64,000 nucleotides of DNA from a bacterium (lineage in GTDB: Bacteria; Zhuqueibacterota; Zhuqueibacteria; Residuimicrobiales; Krinioviventaceae), in the NCBI GenBank assembly GCA_963674595.2, contig CAXXFV010000023.1, positions 224,001 to 288,000 of the forward strand, read 5' to 3'. The position numbers and the translations under genes are program-made. Positions 59,633 through 64,000 of the stretch are shown here, piece after piece; position 1 is the first letter of the stretch; every line of letters begins with the position of its first letter. The notes beneath the pieces were generated by a model. It was not told where the DNA came from. It searched no databases and worked only from the letters and a program-made list of their open reading frames with translations.

Positions 59633-61753
59633 ATGAATATGAAAACAGATTTTAAATATTTTTTGACTGGTTTGTTGATTTTGGTTCTGGCTCAATTCGT
59701 TATGGCGGCCAAACCCCGTGTCTACAGTTATAATTCTCAAAGCGATTTCGAAAGAGGTACCTATAAAGGAATTTCCATTCTCCATCCCGGCAAGATTACG
59801 ATTTCTCCGGCCATGCAAATGATCGCTGAAACCGGTGACCCATACATCTGGGATATGGCCTGCGATTCCAAAGGGAATGTATATGCCGCTACAGGAAATG
59901 ATGGAAAACTCTATCGCTATACCGCGAATGGAGACAGTTCTCTCTTTTTTGATGCTCCTGAACTGGAAATTTATGCTGTTTGTTTAGACAAAAATGATCG
60001 TGTTTTTGCAGGCACTTCTCCGAATGGTAAGGTTTATTCCATTGACAAAGCAGGTAACAGTAAAGTCATTTTTGATCCCGATGAAATATATATTTGGGAT
60101 TTATTAATTGATAATAATAATCAGCTTTACGTCGCCACCGGGCAAGCCGGTAATATTTATAAAATAGATGAATCCGGAAAAGCGCAAACTGTACTAAAAA
60201 GCGGTCAAAGTCATATTCGTTGCCTGGCAGTTGATGAAAAGAATATATTATATGCCGGTACGGCAGGAAATGGCTTTGTTTATAAAATAGATAGTTTAAA
60301 CGATCCTTATGTTTTGTTTGATACGCAAATGCAGGAAGTACATAGTCTGGTTGTTTCTGAAAAGGAAAATTATCTGTATGCTGCTGCTTTTGGTGAACCA
60401 AGTCAATTAATGCCGGACATTTTAAAACCTCAAAAAAGTAAAAGTTCCAAAGATAACGGTACTGATAAAGGTGATAAAGACGTTGCTTTAGCACCGCAGG
60501 CTATTATTTTGGACGATTTTGCCCGAAGTGTCAAAGTCCCGACCGCTTTGTTTCGGATTGATAAAGATGGTTATGCGCGTGATTTATGGCTGGGTCAGGA
60601 CGAACGTATTCAAAAATTATTTATAACACCAGATGGATTGTTATTGTGTTTGAGTGAAAAGGGACGATTGCACCAGGTTTCTTCAAAAGGGCAGAGTTCG
60701 GTTTTGTTAAAAATTAAAGAAGCAGAATTAACGGCTGTATGCAGTTCTTCAAAAGACCGTTTATTTATAGGAACATCAAATATGGGGTGTATTTACTGTA
60801 TTGGTCCGAATCCTTCTGAAAATGCCGAATTTGAATCGGAAACCCTGGATACCGGGGTTATTTCTCAGTGGGGCGTGTTAACATGTGAAGGTATATTTAA
60901 TAAAAATAATTGCCGGTTTTTTACACGATCCGGTAATACCGAACAGGCCAATGAAACCTGGAGCGATTGGAAAACGGTGCGTATGGAAAATGGTGATATG
61001 CGAATTGACTCACCTTTAGCACGGTTTGTACAATGGAAATGTGAGCTGCTGAAATCCGGAGGTGCGGCACCGGTTTTGGATAAAGTGTCTATTTCCTATC
61101 TTCAGAAAAATTTACCGCCGGAAGTAACAGACGTGGTTGTTCATAAACCCGGCGATTATTATGAAATGGATGATTCCAACAACAAAGGAAAGGGAGTGGT
61201 TTACCCCAAACCGTTACCCTCAAGCCAAAACAAAAGAGGCTTTCAAAGTGTTGATTGGTTTTTTCAGGACCCCAATTTTGACGGTCTTTTGTTTGATGTT
61301 TATTATCAAAGACTGGGCGATCCTTCATGGATTGCTTTTGTGAAAAAATTTGAATCCAATTTTTATTCATGGGATACACAGCAGTTGGCTGATGGTCAAT
61401 ATTTGATCAAAGTTGTTGCCACGGATTCCCCGAACAATCCGGCAGGTTCTGAATTATCCGGTGAACATACAAGCCAGGAGTTTGTCATTGATAATACCGG
61501 TCCGCAGGTTAAATTTATTGAACAGAATGACAATAAAGCAACTTTTCAGATAACCGATTCATGGAGTATGATTAGGGAAATTTATATCAGTATCAATGCA
61601 CAGGACTGGCAGCTTGTCTATCCTGTAGACGGGATTAGTGATTCGAAAAATGAAAAAATTGAGATAAATATTGATAACGATGTAAAAAATATAGCTGTTA
61701 AAGTCATGGATGCTGTTGATAATACAACAGTCGTTCATAAGGTATTTAAATAA
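59633..61753 (+). CDS. Exported beta-propeller protein with C-terminal FN3/Ig-like domains
   Basis: Repeated [VL]YA[AG]TG-x-x-G-x-[LIV]Y blades; TRSGNT...WSDW...SP-x-ARFVQWK; DGQYLIKVVATD...IDNT-x-P. Confidence 0.8.
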   Translation: MNMKTDFKYFLTGLLILVLAQFVMAAKPRVYSYNSQSDFERGTYKGISILHPGKITISPAMQMIAETGDPYIWDMACDSKGNVYAATGNDGKLYRYTANGDSSLFFDAPELEIYAVCLDKNDRVFAGTSPNGKVYSIDKAGNSKVIFDPDEIYIWDLLIDNNNQLYVATGQAGNIYKIDESGKAQTVLKSGQSHIRCLAVDEKNILYAGTAGNGFVYKIDSLNDPYVLFDTQMQEVHSLVVSEKENYLYAAAFGEPSQLMPDILKPQKSKSSKDNGTDKGDKDVALAPQAIILDDFARSVKVPTALFRIDKDGYARDLWLGQDERIQKLFITPDGLLLCLSEKGRLHQVSSKGQSSVLLKIKEAELTAVCSSSKDRLFIGTSNMGCIYCIGPNPSENAEFESETLDTGVISQWGVLTCEGIFNKNNCRFFTRSGNTEQANETWSDWKTVRMENGDMRIDSPLARFVQWKCELLKSGGAAPVLDKVSISYLQKNLPPEVTDVVVHKPGDYYEMDDSNNKGKGVVYPKPLPSSQNKRGFQSVDWFFQDPNFDGLLFDVYYQRLGDPSWIAFVKKFESNFYSWDTQQLADGQYLIKVVATDSPNNPAGSELSGEHTSQEFVIDNTGPQVKFIEQNDNKATFQITDSWSMIREIYISINAQDWQLVYPVDGISDSKNEKIEINIDNDVKNIAVKVMDAVDNTTVVHKVFK

Positions 61754-61774
61754 TAAACGGGAACAAGTAAATAA

Positions 61775-62761
61775 ATGACAGGAAAATACAACTGGACAGA
61801 GTTTAACCGTTTTATTGAGGATAAAAAAGAAATCCTCATTACCACCCACGTCCATCCGGATGGTGATGCGATTGGTTCTGAAATTGCTCTCGCCATCTAT
61901 CTCGAACAACTCGGTAAAAAAGTTGTCATATTGAACAGTGATCCCATGCCCGGGTATTTCAAGTTTTTAGATCCCAAAAACCAGGTAATAACTTTTAAGG
62001 GTGATGAACATCATGATCTGATAAAACAGTGTGATGCGGCTGTATCTGTAGATATATCTGAATGGCGGCGTTTGGGCAAAGTCGGTGAAATAATTCAGCA
62101 GATCAACCTTGCCATGGCCTGTATTGATCATCATATTGCTTCGGAAAAATTTGTCGATGTATTTATTTCCGATTCCCATGCATCTTCTACGGGTGAACTT
62201 ATTTATGACCTTGTGTTACAAAATAATGGTGAATTTACACCACAACTTTTAAATGCCCTTTATACATGTATTTTAACAGATACAGGATCGTTTCGCTTTT
62301 CAAATACAACCCCGCATACCCATAAAATCATTTCTGATCTTATTGCGCGAAATGTTGATTTTATAGGAGTTTATAAACATGTTTACGAGAGTTACTCTTT
62401 TGGACGGACAAAGCTGATTGGTTCTGTGTTGTCTAATTTACAGCAGGATTGTAACGGGCGTTTGGTATGGTTTGTGCTTAGTAATAAAATGATTGCCGAT
62501 GCCGGTATAGAGTTTTGGGAAACAGAAAGTTTTTCCGAACTGACGCGGAATATTAAAGATGTTGAGGTTTCTCTCATGTTTACCGAGGTGGACCGTGGGA
62601 CCAAAGTCAGTCTCCGTTCCAAAGGTCAAGTCGAGGTGAATACATTGGCAAAATCATTTGGCGGTGGTGGACACAAATTTGCTTCCGGTGCAACAATCCC
62701 CAAACCGTTAGACAACGTTGTTGAGGATGTTGTTATGGCGGCAAAAAAGCTTTTTCAATAA
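61775..62761 (+). CDS. nrnA: Bifunctional oligoribonuclease/PAP phosphatase (DHH/DHHA1)
   Basis: THVHPDGDAIGS, IDHH, TDTGSFRF, SLRSKG, GGGGH-x-x-ASG. Confidence 0.93.
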   Translation: MTGKYNWTEFNRFIEDKKEILITTHVHPDGDAIGSEIALAIYLEQLGKKVVILNSDPMPGYFKFLDPKNQVITFKGDEHHDLIKQCDAAVSVDISEWRRLGKVGEIIQQINLAMACIDHHIASEKFVDVFISDSHASSTGELIYDLVLQNNGEFTPQLLNALYTCILTDTGSFRFSNTTPHTHKIISDLIARNVDFIGVYKHVYESYSFGRTKLIGSVLSNLQQDCNGRLVWFVLSNKMIADAGIEFWETESFSELTRNIKDVEVSLMFTEVDRGTKVSLRSKGQVEVNTLAKSFGGGGHKFASGATIPKPLDNVVEDVVMAAKKLFQ

Positions 62762-62818
62762 AATCATAAATGATTCTTCTATTGAATATTATTAACAGGA
62801 TCAATTGTTATATTTAAT

Positions 62819-64000
62819 ATGAATATATTGGGCACAAAAAAAGACGACTCTATTTTTCAATTGAGTTCACGAATCCTTTCGCAAACCGATTCGGTGCAGG
62901 CATTCCTTTTGGTTAGAAGGCTGCTGGTCGATTTGGTCCCTTGTGATGCTGTTTTATTACTAGTCGGTGACCAAAGTGCAGGAAATCTTCAGGCCCTTGA
63001 AAAATATAATCAGGACAGCTCCTTACCCTATCTTCCGGAAATATCTTATAAAGACCCGGTTGTTGATTTTATTTTCAGAGAAAAAAAGATATTTACCCGG
63101 GAAATGGCCGAGGACCCGCTCGTCACTTCAATGAAGGCAGAAGTATTTGTACCGCTGCATTCTTCGGATGATGAATATGGATTCATATATATTGCCCGCA
63201 CCTATTTAGAGCGTTTTTCACATGATGAGCTTTTGCTTCTTGAAAATATTGCAGCCGGCTTGTCCATTGTTTTTGAACGGCAAAAATATCAATTTTCTTT
63301 CAAACAATTGCAGGGTGTTGTGGATAAATGGCAGCAAAAATATTATGCTCTGCTTGAGGGATTCAAATTTCCGGCTTTGATTGTTGATTTGGAAAACGAC
63401 AGTGTTAAGGATATTAATGACAGCGCCATTGCTCTTTTTAATGTTGAGCAGGATAAACTTTTTACCATACCGTTTTCCAAAATATGTAAATTTCCTGACT
63501 TGAAAAATGGCAAAAAAGCTGAATTCAAGTCTCCTGTTGAACTTTATACGACCGGTCAGGTGAAAAACGTTCAGGCTGTTTTTTCCCGTATCGGCGGACA
63601 GGAATCCAGTGAATATTTTGTCAACTTTTTACTGCCCCAGGAAGGCTCAGATGCCGAGTTTTCAAATTGGTTAAATGATTTTCAGTCATTATGTAAAGAT
63701 ATAACATATTCTCCGAATTTTGGTAATGTCCTTAAAAAGCCATTAAAATCCATGCTTTCATATTGGGGAGCTAAATATTTAACGTTTCAGCAGTTTGATG
63801 TAAATGATCACCCTAAACCGGTTTTAGGCTTGCAGCAGGATGGTTCGGAAAATACAGGATTGAATGATTTTCTTTATTTTTCCCTGAACAGCGGCCCGTT
63901 CCAGCAGTTTCCCGATCAAGCCAAATCAATCTTTATTGATGATGTATCAAAACAAAAAGAACAACATGAATGGCAGGTTGTTGCCGAACGGTGTGGAATT
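62819..64000 (+). CDS. GAF/PAS-domain signalling protein, N-terminal part (runs off the window end)
   Basis: Not in the ORF track. Manual translation of the first ~230 codons from the ATG at 62819: MNILGTKKDD...VFVPLH...GFIYIA...FSHDELLLLENIA (GAF), then YYALLEGFKFPALIVD...IND-x-A-x-x-LF (PAS-like). Confidence 0.75.
   Translation, partial: MNILGTKKDDSIFQLSSRILSQTDSVQAFLLVRRLLVDLVPCDAVLLLVGDQSAGNLQALEKYNQDSSLPYLPEISYKDPVVDFIFREKKIFTREMAEDPLVTSMKAEVFVPLHSSDDEYGFIYIARTYLERFSHDELLLLENIAAGLSIVFERQKYQFSFKQLQGVVDKWQQKYYALLEGFKFPALIVDLENDSVKDINDSAIALFNVEQDKLFTIPFSKICKFPDLKNGKKAEFKSPVELYTTGQVKNVQAVFSRIGGQESSEYFVNFLLPQEGSDAEFSNWLNDFQSLCKDITYSPNFGNVLKKPLKSMLSYWGAKYLTFQQFDVNDHPKPVLGLQQDGSENTGLNDFLYFSLNSGPFQQFPDQAKSIFIDDVSKQKEQHEWQVVAERCGI

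Overview
64 kb of an AT-rich chromosome from a diderm (Gram-negative) bacterium. Gene content and style (YPNPFN-type C-terminal sorting domain, Tat sulfatases, TonB receptors, GH97/GH106, strong AGGAG ribosome-binding sites, sigma-54 promoters) suggest an FCB-associated lineage such as KSB1 or Calditrichota; this is inference, as no marker gene is present. I see no rRNA, tRNA, CRISPR array, integrase or transposase. The left third (1-21 kb) is a catabolic block of glycosidases, sulfatases, esterases and peptidases, including a beta-propeller/methyltransferase fusion lipoprotein with a Cys-motif partner. The middle (21-39 kb) covers envelope and signalling: a sigma-54-driven Ca-binding repeat protein with an outer-membrane barrel, a TonB receptor with an OmpR-type two-component system, DeaD, a propeller sensor kinase and an MCP. 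The right part is mixed housekeeping: ECF S-component plus outer-membrane receptor, amrS, queH, a PTPS-folE-sepiapterin-reductase-like operon, a circularly permuted S55 protease with a propeller partner, and nrnA. Four consecutive genes at 20.6-24.3 kb and one at 48.5 kb carry single-base indels, mostly in homopolymers, which look like assembly errors. The best leads are: the complete tetrahydrobiopterin-type operon; the propeller-MTase/CxC-partner system; the sigma-54 repeat protein/barrel pair; the double anti-SD hairpin plus uORF leader at 8.2 kb; the orphan ECF-S/outer-membrane receptor pair; and the permuted S55 pair. All family calls come from motif recognition by eye, not from database searches.
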